Shown here: positions 26,757 through 39,460 of the stretch, one piece after another
Layout of the letters: every line of letters begins with the position of its first letter
How positions within the stretch are numbered: position 1 is the stretch's first letter
NCBI GenBank assembly: GCA_013265495.1
Contig: MU058289.1
Location: forward strand, 1,361,451 to 1,425,450
From: Vicugna vicugna
Taxonomy: Eukaryota
Direction: 5' to 3'
DNA: 64,000 bases
The notes under the pieces: model-generated
The model's input: only the letters and a program-made list of their open reading frames with translations
What the model was told of the DNA's origin: nothing
The model's database searches: none
Program-made: the position numbers and the translations under genes

Positions 26757-27897
26757 TGTAACCAAGCAAAGGGCTCTTGTGCCCATAGTGAAGAAACCCA
26801 AACTGTTGACAGGGAGAGTTTGCAGCAAGGTAAGGATTTATTGCAGGGCACCAAGCAAGGGAGTGGGAAACAAGCCTCAGTTCCACTCCAACTTGGTCTT
26901 TGAGTTAGGGGGCTTTTTAAAGAGGAAGAATAAAGAAGCTAAGATTAATCATCATCTTGTGACATTTCTTAATGGTAGTTTTGAGAGTCAAATTGGTTTA
27001 GGATTCTCTGGTCCAAGCATGGCTCAGGTGCTGTTTGTTACTAAATTGGTGCATTGAACCAGTGCTGGCTCCTAGCCTGGGCCAAGACCCCCACCTCGAC
27101 CAGGGAGGTTCTTTTTCTGACCGGATTCGTGCAGCCAGTAACAAAACGTATGCTGAGACTGGAACAGCACAAGCTTTATCCAATGACCAAGGAATGGAGC
27201 AGCAGGGAACTAGTTTGCAAATTAACTTCTCAACCCAGTTGGGGTGGAGACACGAAATATATAGATAGGAGGGTTGAGGTAAAAGGGAGGGAACTGTTAA
27301 TAGTGGGAGGAAATTTCATGAGTTATCTGAGAACAGGCGTGTGGTTTGGACTCGGAACTGACGCAACTCTCCTTTCCAGTCCATGTAAAGGCTTTGCTGG
27401 TTGTTGTCATGGCAGTTGTTGACTGTCATGGTGCTGGTGGGTGTGTCACTTAGCATTCTGATGTATTACAGTAAGTGTGTAATGAGGCTCAAGGTCTACT
27501 GGAAGTCAGATACTATGCCATCTTGGGCCTCGTTGGTTCTAACTGGTTCTTGTTCTTTTTCTTTGTAGCTTCCTCTTGAAACTTAGATAAGAGTCATTGA
27601 TTTCTATTAGCGGGAGGGGCAGGGGTATGATTCTGGGGGCAACAGCCTCAGTAACATGTTAGCTCATTTTGCTCTCAAGAAACAACCTGAGTTTGTATGT
27701 TAATGATATCTATAGTAGCAGTTTTAGTACACTAATGATGTGATGGATAACAGCAGTTTTCAGTCATCAGACTCTGGTTGATTAGCATTCAGTGAACACA
27801 GAATGGAGGTCACAGGGGACAAGAAAAGGAACAAGGTTTTGGAGAGATTTATCATAAACATGCTAAGAGAATTTGGGTTTAGAGGGACTCAGTTTCA
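26757..27897 (-). mobile_element. ERV1-class solo LTR (outer), interrupted by another LTR
   Basis: Minus-strand termini TGAAACT...GGTTACA; AATAAA 26837-26842; TTAAAAAGCC TATA-like ~26910-26919; interrupts an old L1 3' fragment; no clear TSD. Confidence 0.7.
27036..27656 (-). mobile_element. ERV1-class solo LTR (inner, nested)
   Basis: TGTTACT...AGTAACA inverted termini; 4-bp TSD TGTT (27032-27035, 27657-27660). Confidence 0.8.
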
Positions 27898-28194
27898 AAG
27901 TATGTCCTAGGAAAATATTGATGGGGAAGTACTCACAATATAACATTAAGTGAAAAAGATGCAAAACCATATATGTAATTAAAATTTGTAAATAAATAAA
28001 TAAATAAATAATTTTTTAAAAAGAAGGAAGAAAATAACCACGGTTAATATTTTTGGGTTTCTGTGTGTGGTGGAATTGTGGACAATTTTTATTTCTTTAC
28101 TTAATTTTACTGTATTTCCCAGATGCTCATGCTCCTCAAAGAAAATATGAGTTTTAAGATGAGAAAAAAATTAGAAGAAAAAAGGAAAAGATGG

Positions 28195-29113
28195 TGTGAA
28201 AAGCATATCTAAAGAGAGTTGGTATTGCTAAGAGAGATTTCTAAGATGGAGCTGGGAGTCCATTAGGAAGTGTGATTAATGCACAGCACAGCCTGGATAA
28301 AATCTGACCTTTTGACCACTTACTGTCCTAATGAAGGCATCCAGAACATTCACCAGAAACTCAAGATACTTATTGCCCTTACCCTAATATAACTCATGAC
28401 AGCCTATCTATTAGACCCTTACCCTAAAACAACTCGTGACAGCCATCCCTTAAGGACAAATATTTCCTTTCTTGTGTCAGAGTACAGCCTCATAGCTTTA
28501 GCCTTTATAAGCCTGTGAATGAAAAATACTGCAAACCGTATCAGTAAACAAAGAATGCTGAAGCCATCAAGACATCAGTGGCTGCTACCACCCCCCAGTG
28601 AAGACAAGCCTGCAGCCCAGCCTCTGCAGCCATTCACAACTGTGCCCTCTGAGGGGACTCAGAATAAGAAAGGACAGGATACTGGCCCTAGATAGCTAGA
28701 TGCTTGTCAAAGGAATGAATTCAATGAGCCCAAATATTTCCTTCCTCCCATACGTAGAAAAGCACTAAATTCTTTAACTTGAGATGCCTGGTTTTCTTTA
28801 GATAACAAGTAGTCTTTTATTGTTCCAACTACCCGTTCTTTGTTGTAAAGCTCCTATATAGCTCCTCCCCTACCTCTGAGCAGTCCCTCAGAGCGATCTG
28901 AGAGGCTGTCATCCCAGCTCGAGTCCTCCCGCCAAATAAAACATAACTTTAAGGCTGAGTGTTTATTTCAGTCCACAAGCCTGACACTTCCTCTTCCCTA
29001 GAACACTCTTCCCATTTTACTCAAATCTATGTCTCCCCTGAATTGCAATTCTCAAGTCCTCAAATATACTGTTTTTTTTTTATTTGCAGCCTTCTGTGTT
29101 TTTCTGGCTGACG
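28195..29113 (+). mobile_element. ERV1-class solo LTR (outer, MER34/39-like)
   Basis: TG...GCTGACG termini with 4-bp TSD ATGG (28191-28194, 29114-29117); 40-bp-period repeat 28376-28444; TATA TTTATAA ~28504-28510. Confidence 0.75.
28514..28977 (+). mobile_element. ERV1-class solo LTR (inner, nested)
   Basis: TGTGAATGAAA...TTTCAGTCCACA termini; TSD AGCC (28510-28513, 28978-28981); CCTATATA ~28853-28860; AATAAA ~28935. Confidence 0.85.
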
Positions 29114-29526
29114 ATGGAAAACAGGGAAATGCTTCTGAATTCTGTGGTCTTTCTCATCAGTTGCTTGGGTCACTAACCATGCATCAAGCCTGGTCTGAGG
29201 AGTATTCAGGCTGCTGCCCTGATACATGATGTGAAGGAAGGGCCAGAGTGAGTGCCCAACCATGGTCGGAGTGAGGGGTACCCTGGCATAGTAGGCTGCT
29301 AATGTTCCTTCCCTACTATTGGCCTCGCTCTCATAAAGGCTCCCCTGGCAGCCAAAGCTAACAGAGGCCCTCTACTGGAAGCTGACCTTCCTTCTCCCTC
29401 TAGACACGCTGTGAATAGGAGCCACCTTCCTTTGCTTCTCTCCGGCCTCCCTCTCCTCTGCCTTTTGCCTGGGCTGCCCTGGGCACCGAACTCACGCTTT
29501 GCTTTTCTTTGTTGATTTGTGTGTGT

Positions 29527-29889
29527 TGTTAAAAACAACAAACAAGCTCAAAATGGAGTCTCTTAAGCTAAGCCCCATGTCACCAAGTTGAGACTTAATT
29601 ACGGTTCTGGCTCTCCCAGAAATGGAATCTTAAACCATCAATCAGGAATCACCTGATCTGCACTAGTTAGGAAATCTGACATGATCCCTGCCATCCCCTA
29701 AAGGAAAGTAAACTTGCAATTACCAACCCCCCTTTTTGCTACTATAACTTTGTTTCTGCCCCATTCTGTGCGTAAAAGTCATTTTGTTCAGCTCCTTGGA
29801 GGTCCTTTCTATCTGCTAGATTGGTTGCGGCCTGGTTCCAAATGATTTTTGCTCAAATAAACTCTTATACTTCAGTGTATCTTTTAACA
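29527..29889 (+). mobile_element. ERV1-class solo LTR (MER4/LTR8-group-like)
   Basis: Perfect TGTTAAAA...TTTTAACA termini; TSD GTGT/GTAT; AAAATGGAGTC U3 motif; GCTCAAATAAACTC poly(A) motif. Confidence 0.8.
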
Positions 29890-31451
29890 GTATATATGAA
29901 GTGTAAAATGCTTTCCCACTTTAACAAACTCAAACAGGATCCAAGTGCAGGAAGAAAACCTGAAAAGCCCCATCCACACTGCACACCTAATCCTATTCCT
30001 CAGGGTCTTGCTGGTGTATGTCTAAATCCAGATTTTTTTTACACAGCACTATTCTCAGTTTTACATTTAAATGGGTTCACACTGGACTTATTTTCTACCT
30101 TGCTTCCTTAACAATATGTCCAAAACATATTTTTATTGGATCACAGGAATGCACCTGCTAATCTGTACTCCAATTAGATTAAGAGCTGATACAAACGTGT
30201 ACAACAGGCTCAAGAACATGTCTGGTTGGAAGTATAAGAAGGTGTCTCCACCTTAAAGGCAGAAACATAACGCCTAGCTCAGATATCTGAAAATGTCTCT
30301 GCCAACAGTCTACAGCAACCATTCTAACCCATCCTTTCATCAAAGGAGGCTACTCTCTGGCCATTTAAATAAATCCAAAGTGATGCACCTGCAAATCCGA
30401 GCAGTCTGTCGTCTTCTCCAGTTGGAGTGAGCGGTCCGCCCATCTGAGGGATTCTCTGTCCACAACAGAAGTGCCACAGGGAAGCTGGTGGCCGCTTCTC
30501 CAGCATGACAGAGGAGGAATCAAAGCCTGTCTCTGTAGGTTCATGCTCAGCCTTGGCCCTGCAGATCCAGCGTTCCTGAAATGGCACTGACCAACACCTT
30601 CACCTTCTTCTACACAGCCAGCCACTTTCGCTCGGGTGTCCCCTCCTATCCCCAGAAGGGGGGAGGGGGCAGGGCAGCATCATATAGGGTTCTCCCAGTC
30701 ACACACTGCCCAGGGGAACCAAATCTCATGATAATATGGTCCTAGGTGTTATTTACCAGAGTTTATGTTTATTAACATAAACAAATCAAATTGTTTATGT
30801 TAATACCCAGTTTCCTCATCGATGCAGGCAAACAGCAGGTGTGTACACAGATGGTGGGAGCACTTTCACGCTGCTGTCAAAGGGTAGCAGAAAGGAAGCA
30901 GCTGATAACACAAAAACTAAATGGAGAAAGGGGACACTGGAGAGGTAGACAGGAGGAACAATGTCCAGAACAGAGAAAGGGCCCCCTTCCTGTGATGCAT
31001 TAGGGGCAGAAGATGGGAGTGGATGAGGGCGGGAAGCTCGGGTCGGAGAACATGAGGCAGGTCTAAACAGCTCATGTCACACGACAGGAGCCTCAAGCAG
31101 CTGGAGCAGGTCCAGTAGTTTGCTCTGACAGCATCCAGGGACAGCAAAGTTGCTGTGAATGCAGAGGCAGCAGGGGTAATACGTCACTGGCTGCTTCTCT
31201 GGGCTCTCCAGCTGCTCTCCCTCCTAGAAGGCCCACCAGGCTGCTCACGTAGGATGACCTGCCCTCCGGGTTACAGAGCAGCCACGCTCTGAGCTGCCAC
31301 TGTGGAGACAGGCCACAGTCAGAAGGTTTTAAGTCCTGGCTCCAGACCCATCATGGGTGCCCAAAAACAAAAAGGGCAACACTTAGAAATAAGAGCTAAT
31401 AAAGTGTGAGTCAAAACAAGGTAAAAACACAATTTAAACATTAAAATGTGT

Positions 31452-31457
31452 TTTAAT
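31452..31457 (-). terminator. PDCD2L: Probable PDCD2L poly(A) signal (ATTAAA)
   Basis: ATTAAA about 24 nt after the stop, followed by a GT/T-rich tract (TGTTTAAATTGTGTTTTT). Confidence 0.6.
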
Positions 31458-31480
31458 TTCTATAAATAAAAGGAAAAACG

Positions 31481-31611
31481 CTACTTAAATAATAATTCAT
31501 CTGGATCTTCTTGTATGATACAAAATTCTTCCATGGGAGTCTGATGATTTTGAGGCCAGCAACTCTTCTCACATGTGTATATTAGAATGGTTCCAAATTC
31601 CACAGAAAGAC
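31481..31611 (-). CDS. PDCD2L: PDCD2L exon 7 (last, with TAG stop)
   Basis: (G)LSVEFGTILIYTCEKSCWPQNHQTPMEEFCIIQEDPDELLFK*; CAG acceptor; total CDS 1101 nt. Confidence 0.95.
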
Positions 31612-31689
31612 CTGAAAAATACAACATATTTAGGATTCCAGCAATGAGAAAGTATTATGAGAGATACTCAATATTTAAAGTTTGCTTAG

Positions 31690-31880
31690 TGGGTAGAGCC
31701 CACAGTCTGGAACTAGACTGCTTGAGTTCAAATCCCAGCTCTACCACCTTGAGCAAGTGATTTTACCACTATGTAATAATGACTTCTTTGCTCATGATGA
31801 TAAGATGGTTGCAAGGAGGAGTAAAAAGGCTAATAGATGTAAGATACTTAGAACAGAGCCTGGCACATCTTTAGTGTTCA
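31690..31880 (+). mobile_element. MIR SINE
   Basis: GACTGCTTGAGTTCAAATCCCAGCTCTACCACCTTGAGCAAGTGA...TACTTAGAACAGAGCCTGGCACAT. Confidence 0.75.
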
Positions 31881-31922
31881 CTGTAAAAGAAAGAGGTTAA
31901 GCAATTAGAAGATAATAGAAAA

Positions 31923-32060
31923 GGAGGGGAGGGTAGAGCTCAGTGGTAGACCACATGCTTATTATCAAGCACAAGGTGCTGGGTTCAATCCCCAGTACCT
32001 CCATAACAAATTAATCAAATCAACTGATCAACCAACCTAATTACCCACCCCTCCAAAAAA
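31923..32060 (+). mobile_element. Vic-1-like SINE
   Basis: GGGAGGGTAGAGCTCAGTGGTAGA...GGGTTCAATCCCCAGTACCTCC...ACCTAATTACC, A-rich tail. Confidence 0.85.
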
Positions 32061-34548
32061 TAGAAAAAGAGACAATAATAGAAAGGAAGGAGAAAGATGG
32101 CTCGATATTAGAATCACTGGTATCACTATAGGGAGTGATTTGTACCTTACAAGTTTAAAAAATAATTACTTAGAGCAAAGACAGTGCTCACTAGTTTTCA
32201 GTCACAATACAGTTGCAGTATTTCCTACAGTAAGTGACCACTGATGGCGAAAAACAGATTTATCAGGCACACATACTTTAAAAATAAACAAAAATCTCAA
32301 TAAGCCTTCATTACAATTGTCTAGACTATCTGATATTGAAGATTATTTTAAAACATGTTGCACTAACAGAACACACTATCTCTAAGAAAGGATACAGAAA
32401 GTAGAAAATACATCCAAAGAATTTATAGAAATTTATCAGTGGATGGAGCCAGGAAGAAAGGCAGCAAAAGAATATGAGCAACAAGAACGCCAGTTGATAT
32501 CACAACAGGAAAACAAGTCAGCAGGATGAGTTGGGCAACTGGTTTAGAGCAGCAAAGGAAAAATACTTTAAAAAAAATGCAGCACGGATAATGGGAAGAA
32601 AACCATCAAAGAAAGTACAAAAAAGCCAAAACAGAGCTGATCTGGGAGAAATAACCTGGTGAATTTGAGGTAATTCCCAACTAGACTGTGCAATGGGCAG
32701 TTTGCAGAGGGTATGGAACTCAGTACCAGTAACCAGCAGGAGAGGAAAGGAGGTGCAAGGAAACAGATAGAAGAAGATACCGTGTAGCTGCGTATTATAC
32801 ATGAGCCCGGAGACCCACCACTGCTGGGGGGCGTGAGGAGGGGAAGACGTACGGAGGTCAAAACAGCCCCACTATACAGCTAATATAAAACAAGAAACAG
32901 AAAAACAGGTGAAACCTAGCTGAAACCTAATTGTAGAAGGAAAGGCTTGAGAGAATCTCAATGAATGCAGAGGGGAAGGGAGAAGGTGTTATTAGCTTGG
33001 ATTTGAGAGGCGAAAGAGGACCAAAGCAACTAGTGTAGAAAAGCTACAAATTCAATAGAAAAGATATATTCAGAAACAAAAAGGAAGAAAAACTAGACAT
33101 GCAGGTTCAAAGACCCATCTTGTCCCATGATAAAAGGATTATAGAGCAATGGGGCAGCAAAACACATGTTAGTTCAGTGACTAGACTTCATGAATAAAGA
33201 AAATCCTACCAGCATCTTAACACAAATGGTTAATCACAAAGAGGGGAAATCAGTTCACGCTCAGACTTCTACAAAGCACGGTCAATGCCAAAAGGTATCT
33301 ATATAATAATGAAAGATCTCAGAGATTTTCACAAAAATATACTTCCCAGTGAGACCTGGCCACAGGAGATGACAGAAAACATCAAATAAAAGGGACAGCG
33401 GGGCTCTCACTGCCAGAAGATGACAGCACAGGGGTCTACAAGGTTCTGAAGAAAGAAAATGGGGCTTAAGAACTTAATACTTAAGTTGTCCTTCAAATAT
33501 AAAGGCAGACTAGCACACTCATTCTGAAGCAAGAACAGCACTTCTGAGCCCGCCTTGAGGCTGTTACTTGATAGAATCCAGCTAGGAGAGAAATGATCAA
33601 AATAAAGAACTCACAGGCTAAACAGAATCATGGCTACAGAATACAGACTTATAAACTGTGATAAAGCAGAAATGATACTAAACTATTTGGAGGTGGAGTA
33701 GGGTATACATTTCCTTGTCTAGCATAGTAAGGAGCCAAATGCATACTAACTAAAATTGAAATATGGAATGAATATAATTCTCTTTATTTCACAGGATTTT
33801 TTAGAAACTAAGGCTCCTTGAATGAAGAGCCCGTTACACAAAGTCTAGCAACTGCTTCACTAACACTTAATTTTCCTCATGTTAAATTTGCATACATTTG
33901 TTCTAATATTTTAATTAGTATTATTAAAATTTTCCCTTAAAAAAAATTTTTTTCCTAGTCATCCATCTCTATACAACTTTCTGATTTTTGTCAAGAATGA
34001 TAACTGGAATCACCCTTATCAATGTGTTAATAATGGAGATTTCCAAGGTTTACCCGATATTTACAGAAAATCTCCAACAGAAAATTCAGGGATCAAAACA
34101 AGCAGAGAAAAAAAGATAAATTGCAGGAATTAGACAATGCAGGTACCAAGTGAAAACTTAAAAATAGAACACTTCTCAAAAGTGTTATGAAAGTATACAA
34201 AGGAAGATACTGAACTCATAAGACAGAAAAAAAGGTGGTATGAAAAAACTTCAAATAACAAGGTAGAGCTTTTGAAAAATAAAAATGTAACGGCCAAACT
34301 AAAATTCAAGCTAGTGGTTAAAAGATAAAACTGACAAAGACACAACGATAAACAGAAGGATCCAGCAGACACACGCTGTATGACTGCATTTGTGTGAAGT
34401 TCCAGAACAGGCAAAATTCATATGGGAACAGAGATGAGAATAGTGATGACCTTGGAGAAGGAGGGGCCTACTGACTGGCAAGAGGGCACAAGGGGCCACT
34501 GGGACACTGGAAACACTCCCTGTCTTAATCTAGGAGGTGATTACAAGA

Positions 34549-34619
34549 GTGTGTGTGTGTGTGTGTGTATACACACACACACACACATATATGTATATAT
34601 ATATATATATATATACATA
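34549..34619. repeat. Compound microsatellite (GT)10-AT-(AC)8-(AT)n
   Basis: Read directly from the sequence. Confidence 0.95.
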
Positions 34620-34689
34620 AATTCATCAAATTGTACACTTAAGATCAGTGCACATTACTGGATGATTTCTTTTTTTAAAAGTACATGGT

Positions 34690-35560
34690 AAGGATTTTCT
34701 GGATATGACACCAAAAGCACAGGCAACAAAAGTAAAAATGGACAAAATAGACTATATCAAAATTAAAAACTTATGTGCATCACAGCACACAATCAACAGT
34801 GAAAAGTTAATCTATGGAATGGGAGAAAATATTTGCAAATCATATCTGATAAAGGATCAGTGTCTACAATATATAAAGAGCTCCTACAACTCAACAAAAA
34901 ACTCCCAAACAACCTCGATTAAGAAATAAACAAAGGACTTGAGTAGACATTTCTCCTAAAATGACATGTAAATGGTTAACAAGCCATTTATATGAAAAGA
35001 CGCTCAACACAACTAATCATTAGAGAAATGCAAATCAAAACCACAAGATACCATCTCACACCCATTAGGATGGCTACTATTAAAAAAAATAGAAAATGAG
35101 TGTTGGGGAGGATATGGAGAAATTGGAACCCTTGAGCACTGTTGACTGGGACGATAAAATGGTGCAGCCACTATGGCAAACAGTTTGGTGGTTTTTTCAA
35201 AAAATTAAAAATAGAATTACCATATGACGCAGGAATTCTACTTCTGGGTAGCCAAGAAGTGAAAGCAGGATCTTAGAGAGATATTTGCACATCATGTTTA
35301 GAGCAGTACCATTCACAATAGCCAAGAGGTAGAAGCAACCCAAGTGTCCATCAACAAATGAATGGATAAACAGCCTTACAAAGGAAGGAAATTCTAACAC
35401 CTGCTACCATGGATTAATCCAAAGGACACTACGCTAAGTGAAACAAGACAGTAAAAAAAGGACAAACACTGCGATTCTATTTATATGAAGTACCTGGAGT
35501 TGTCAAATTTACAGAAACCAGAAGTAAAGTAGTAGTTACTAGAGGTTGTGGGGAGCTGCT
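34690..35560 (+). mobile_element. L1 ORF2 C-terminus and 3' UTR fragment
   Basis: DMTPKAQATKVKMDKIDYIKIKNLCAS; AGAGAAATGCAAATCAAAACCACA; CCAAGTGTCCATCAACAAATGAATGGATAAAC. Confidence 0.9.
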
Positions 35561-35672
35561 TGCCGGGTATGGAATTTACACGGAGTAAAGATTTAAATGT
35601 TAAAAAAAAGGCATATCATAGAAGATGGACTTCTAGAAGATGGACTTTTTAATTTAGAATTTTAAAAAGAAA

Positions 35673-35770
35673 GGAGTGGGGAGGGTGTAGCTCAGTGGTA
35701 GAGTGCATGCTTAGCATGCAGGAGAGACCTGGGTTCAATCTTCAATACCTCCATTAATTAAAAAAAGTAA
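35673..35770 (+). mobile_element. Vic-1-like SINE with TSD TAAAAAGAAA
   Basis: GGGAGGGTGTAGCTCAGTGGTAGAGTGCATGCTTAGCATGC; TSD 35663-35672 and 35771-35780. Confidence 0.9.
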
Positions 35771-36211
35771 TAAAAAGAAAATTAACAACGACAATAAAGA
35801 CTGAGAGAACCCCATAAATTTTTGAATTGTGAAAACCTAACACAAAACAAAGACAGTTACAAAAAAAGCAGCAAACAAGGAAGATGTAGAATAAATAAAT
35901 CAGCAAGGAAAATATGAAGGTCTCAAAAAGGGAGGGCTCATAGGATTCATGTGAATAATATTACTAGTAGAAATTCTGGTTTAAAAAATATATGCAACAG
36001 GAAAAATTGCAGGTTAATTAATACAGTAAGAGGGCAGAACAAAACTAATGGTTTTCCTTAAAGTATGAATGTTCATTTAAGTTGGCTTAATTACCTCCAT
36101 TGAACCGAACTGTTATAATTATTGCTTTGTTGTCATAATTGTGACTCCTGTTGTTCTTATAAAAGGATCACCGAAGGCATTATGAGTTTGTGCAACTGCT
36201 TACACGGTGTT

Positions 36212-36745
36212 TTTCTTAATTGACAAATAATTCACATGCCATAAAATTTACCATTTTAAAGTACACAATTCAGTGGTTTTTAGTTTATTCACATAGTTAT
36301 ACAAACATCTCATTATCTAATTCCAGAACATTTTGGTCACTCCAAAAAGATACCCCAAGCCTATACCCATTAGCAGTCACTCCCCATTGTCCCCTGACTC
36401 CAGACTCTGGCAAACACTAATCTACTTTCTGTTTCAATGGATTTGCCTATCTTGGGTATTTCGCATAAATGGAATCATAGTAGTTTACAGCTTGTTGTGT
36501 CTGACTTCTTTCACTTAGTATGTTTTCAAGGTACAACCATGTTGTGGTGTATATCATGTAGTACTTCATTACTTTTTATGGCAGAATAATACTCCATGGA
36601 GATACCACATTTTTTCTGTGTACTGATTAGCTGATGAACATTTGAGTTATTCCTAATTTTTGGGTATTATGAATAATTCCAATACGAGCACTTATGTACA
36701 GGTTTTGGTGTACATATGTGTTCAGTTCTCTTGGGTAGAACTGCC
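36212..36745 (-). mobile_element. L1 (L1MB-like) 3' end
   Basis: AATTCACATGCCATAAAATTTACCATTTTAAAGTACACAATTCAGTGG...; antisense L1 3' UTR. Confidence 0.85.
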
Positions 36746-38494
36746 AGGTTACAAAATAACATTTTTAACAATAATATTTGCAAAGCTCTTCCAAAATTTT
36801 ATACCGGAGACTGCCAAAGATGCTGAGAAATCACCACTCTCCTATGTGGCTGATGGCAACAAAAAATGGTAGAGACCTACCAGGCAGTACTTTAGTAATC
36901 TGCTAACATGACTTAGATAATACTTATATACACTATTAAAAAGAATGCAAAAAGAAAAAAGGAATAGATAGGAACTTCTTCACAATGTTTAAGAACATGT
37001 TAAAAAAACTTACTTAATCCTTAAAAACTGATTACTTCTACAATCAGAAATATGACAAGGATGTTTGCTCTCAAATTTATATTCAGTACTGTGTGAGAGG
37101 TTTTAGTCAGTGCAATAAGGCAAAAATATAAAAAAATAAAAGACAGCTAAGGAAAAGAAGAAATATAACTGTCTTCATCCCCACATGATACGACTGCCTA
37201 CGTCTGAAACCCGATACAATCAATAAGACAGCCAACAGAACAGTTGCAAGGCAAAGATGGGTATGCAAACATCAATTGAGGGAGTAACGTCAAGGAAGAC
37301 GGCAGAGCGGGAAGTTCCAGGAAACTGACCTTCTGCTAAAGCAACTATTGAGCTGGCAGAACTATCTGAAACGATCCATTTTAGAACTCTGGAGTCTAAT
37401 CAAACACTTCATCATCCAGGTAAGAGCTTGATTAAGGCACTGGTAAATTTTAGAGATTTTCCTTGTTCAGTTAGCAACTAGCTCCCACCCCCATATCCAA
37501 GCAGCACAACAAACTTCAAGCAGGAAAAACTCAAAGGGATCCGCACCAGACATATTATAGTCAAACGTTAAACTGACAAACTATTAAATTCCAAAGACAA
37601 AAAGGTAATTTTGAAAGCAGCAAGATAGAACTAGTTATGCACAAGATATCTTCAATAAGATTTAATAGCTGATTTCTCAGAAACCATGAAAGCTAGGAGG
37701 TAGTGGGAAGACACACGTGAAGTCCTTAAAGAATGACTGTAAATCAAGAATTGTGTATCTGTCAAAATGATCCTTCAAAAACGAAGAAGAATTAATGTAT
37801 TATCAGATTACAAACAAAAGGTATTACCAGATTTTTTTTAAATTCCGAGGAAGTTTATTACCAGTGGATGTGCCCTATAAGAAATGCTAAAAGGAGTTCT
37901 CCAAGCTGAAATTAGGGGACCCTAGATAGTAACTCAAAGACAAGAAAAAAATAAAAAACATTAGTAAAGGTAACTTCATAAAGACAGCTTTACTGTACTT
38001 CTGGCTTAGTTTGTATCTTTTCTCCTATATGATTTAAAAAGTAAATGCATAAACTAATAATTATGACTATGTCAATAGACAGATAAGGTATAAAGATAAA
38101 ATCTGTGATAACAATATAAAGGAAGAAGAGAGATGTATATAGAAGCAGAAGTGTTTGTATACTATTGAAAGAAAGTTGGTATTATTTAAACTAGATTGCT
38201 AAAATTTTAAGATGTTAATTGTAATCTCCAAAGTAACCACTAACTAAGTACCTAAAAAATACACAAAAATTGAAAGAAGGGAACCTAAATGGTATACTAC
38301 CAAAAATTAGCTAAATACAAAAAAAGTCAGTAATGGAGGAAGTGAGGAACAAAAATATTCTAAGAAATAAAGAAAATAGCTAAATGGCAGAAGTCAATCC
38401 TTTATCAGTAATGACATTAAATGTAAGTGGATCAAACTTTCCTATCAAAAAAAAGCACTGGCAGACTGGATATTAAAAAATAAAACACCAAGAT

Positions 38495-39460
38495 CTAGCC
38501 CCACCCAAGGGCCTGGAGGGAAGCCTCAGGCCAAAACAACATAAAGGGTGGGAACACAGCCCCACCCATCAGTGCACTTTCTAAGCCACAAAGGCCTCTA
38601 GACACAGCCCTACCCACCAGAGGTCCAGGACCAAGCTTCACCCAGCAGTGGGCAGGCACTGGCTCTTCATGCCAGGAACCCTGCATAAGCCTCATCCACC
38701 AGGGGCAGATACTAGAAATCAGAAAACAATAATCTCAAAGCCTGTGGAAGGAATCCACAAACACATAGAAAGATAGACGATATGAAGCGGCAAAGGAGAA
38801 TCTCCCAGGCCAAGGCACGAGGTAAAATCCCAGAAGAAATAAGTGATGAGGAGATAGGTAATTTATCTGAGAAAGAATTTAAAGTAATGATGGCCAAGAT
38901 GTTCAGAGAACTCAAGAGGAGTATAGATGCACAGAGCAAAGTCTTCAGCAAAGGGTTGGAAAATATAAAGAATACCAAGAGTTAAAGAATCACTGAAATG
39001 AATAACACACTAGAAGGAACCAAGAATAGACTAAAGGAGGCAGAAGAACGGATCAGTGAGCTAGAAGACAGATTAGTGGAAATCACTACCACAGAACAGA
39101 AAACAGAAAAAAGAATAAAAAGGAATGAGGATAGTTTAAGAAAACTCTGGGACAACATGAAGTGCTCTAATATTCACATGATAGGGGCCCAGAAAGAGAA
39201 AAGAGAGAGAAAGGACCTGAGAAAATTTTTGGAGATAATCACTGAAAACTTCCCGAACTTGGGAAAGGAAACAGTCACCCAAGTCCAGGAAGCGCAGGGA
39301 GTACCACACAGGATCAACCCAAAGCGGAACACACCAAAGCACGCAGTCATCAAATTGACAACAATTAATGATAAGGAGAAAATATTAAAACTAGCAAGAG
39401 AAAAGCAACAAATAACATACAAGGGAGCTCCCATAAGGTTATCAGCTGATTTTTCAGGGT
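38495..39460 (+). mobile_element. Younger L1 5' UTR plus frameshifted ORF1
   Basis: ORFs 38782-38985 and 38998-39462: coiled-coil EAEERISELED, ENFPNL, QEAQGVPHRINPKRNTPKH, ITYKGAPIRLSADFS. Confidence 0.92.

Noticed and set aside
28376..28444. Repeat-spacer-repeat resembling CRISPR
   Set aside because: Only two copies, inside a mammalian LTR.
30130..31330. Unique-looking GC-richer block with 70-87 aa ORFs downstream of PDCD2L
   Set aside because: No recognisable homology, splice pattern, TSD or tail; cannot support a call.
32233..32252. CTCF-like TGACCACTGATGGCG
   Set aside because: One base short of core spacing; too weak without ChIP data.
35619..35647. TAGAAGATGGACTT tandem duplication
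   Set aside because: Simple 15-bp-period slippage duplication with no further signal.
35673..35755. tRNA-Ala-like sequences (also at 9407, 15890, 31923, 43957, 53512, 56349) as tRNA genes
   Set aside because: They have mutated stems, a SINE tail, poly(A) and often TSDs, so they are SINEs.
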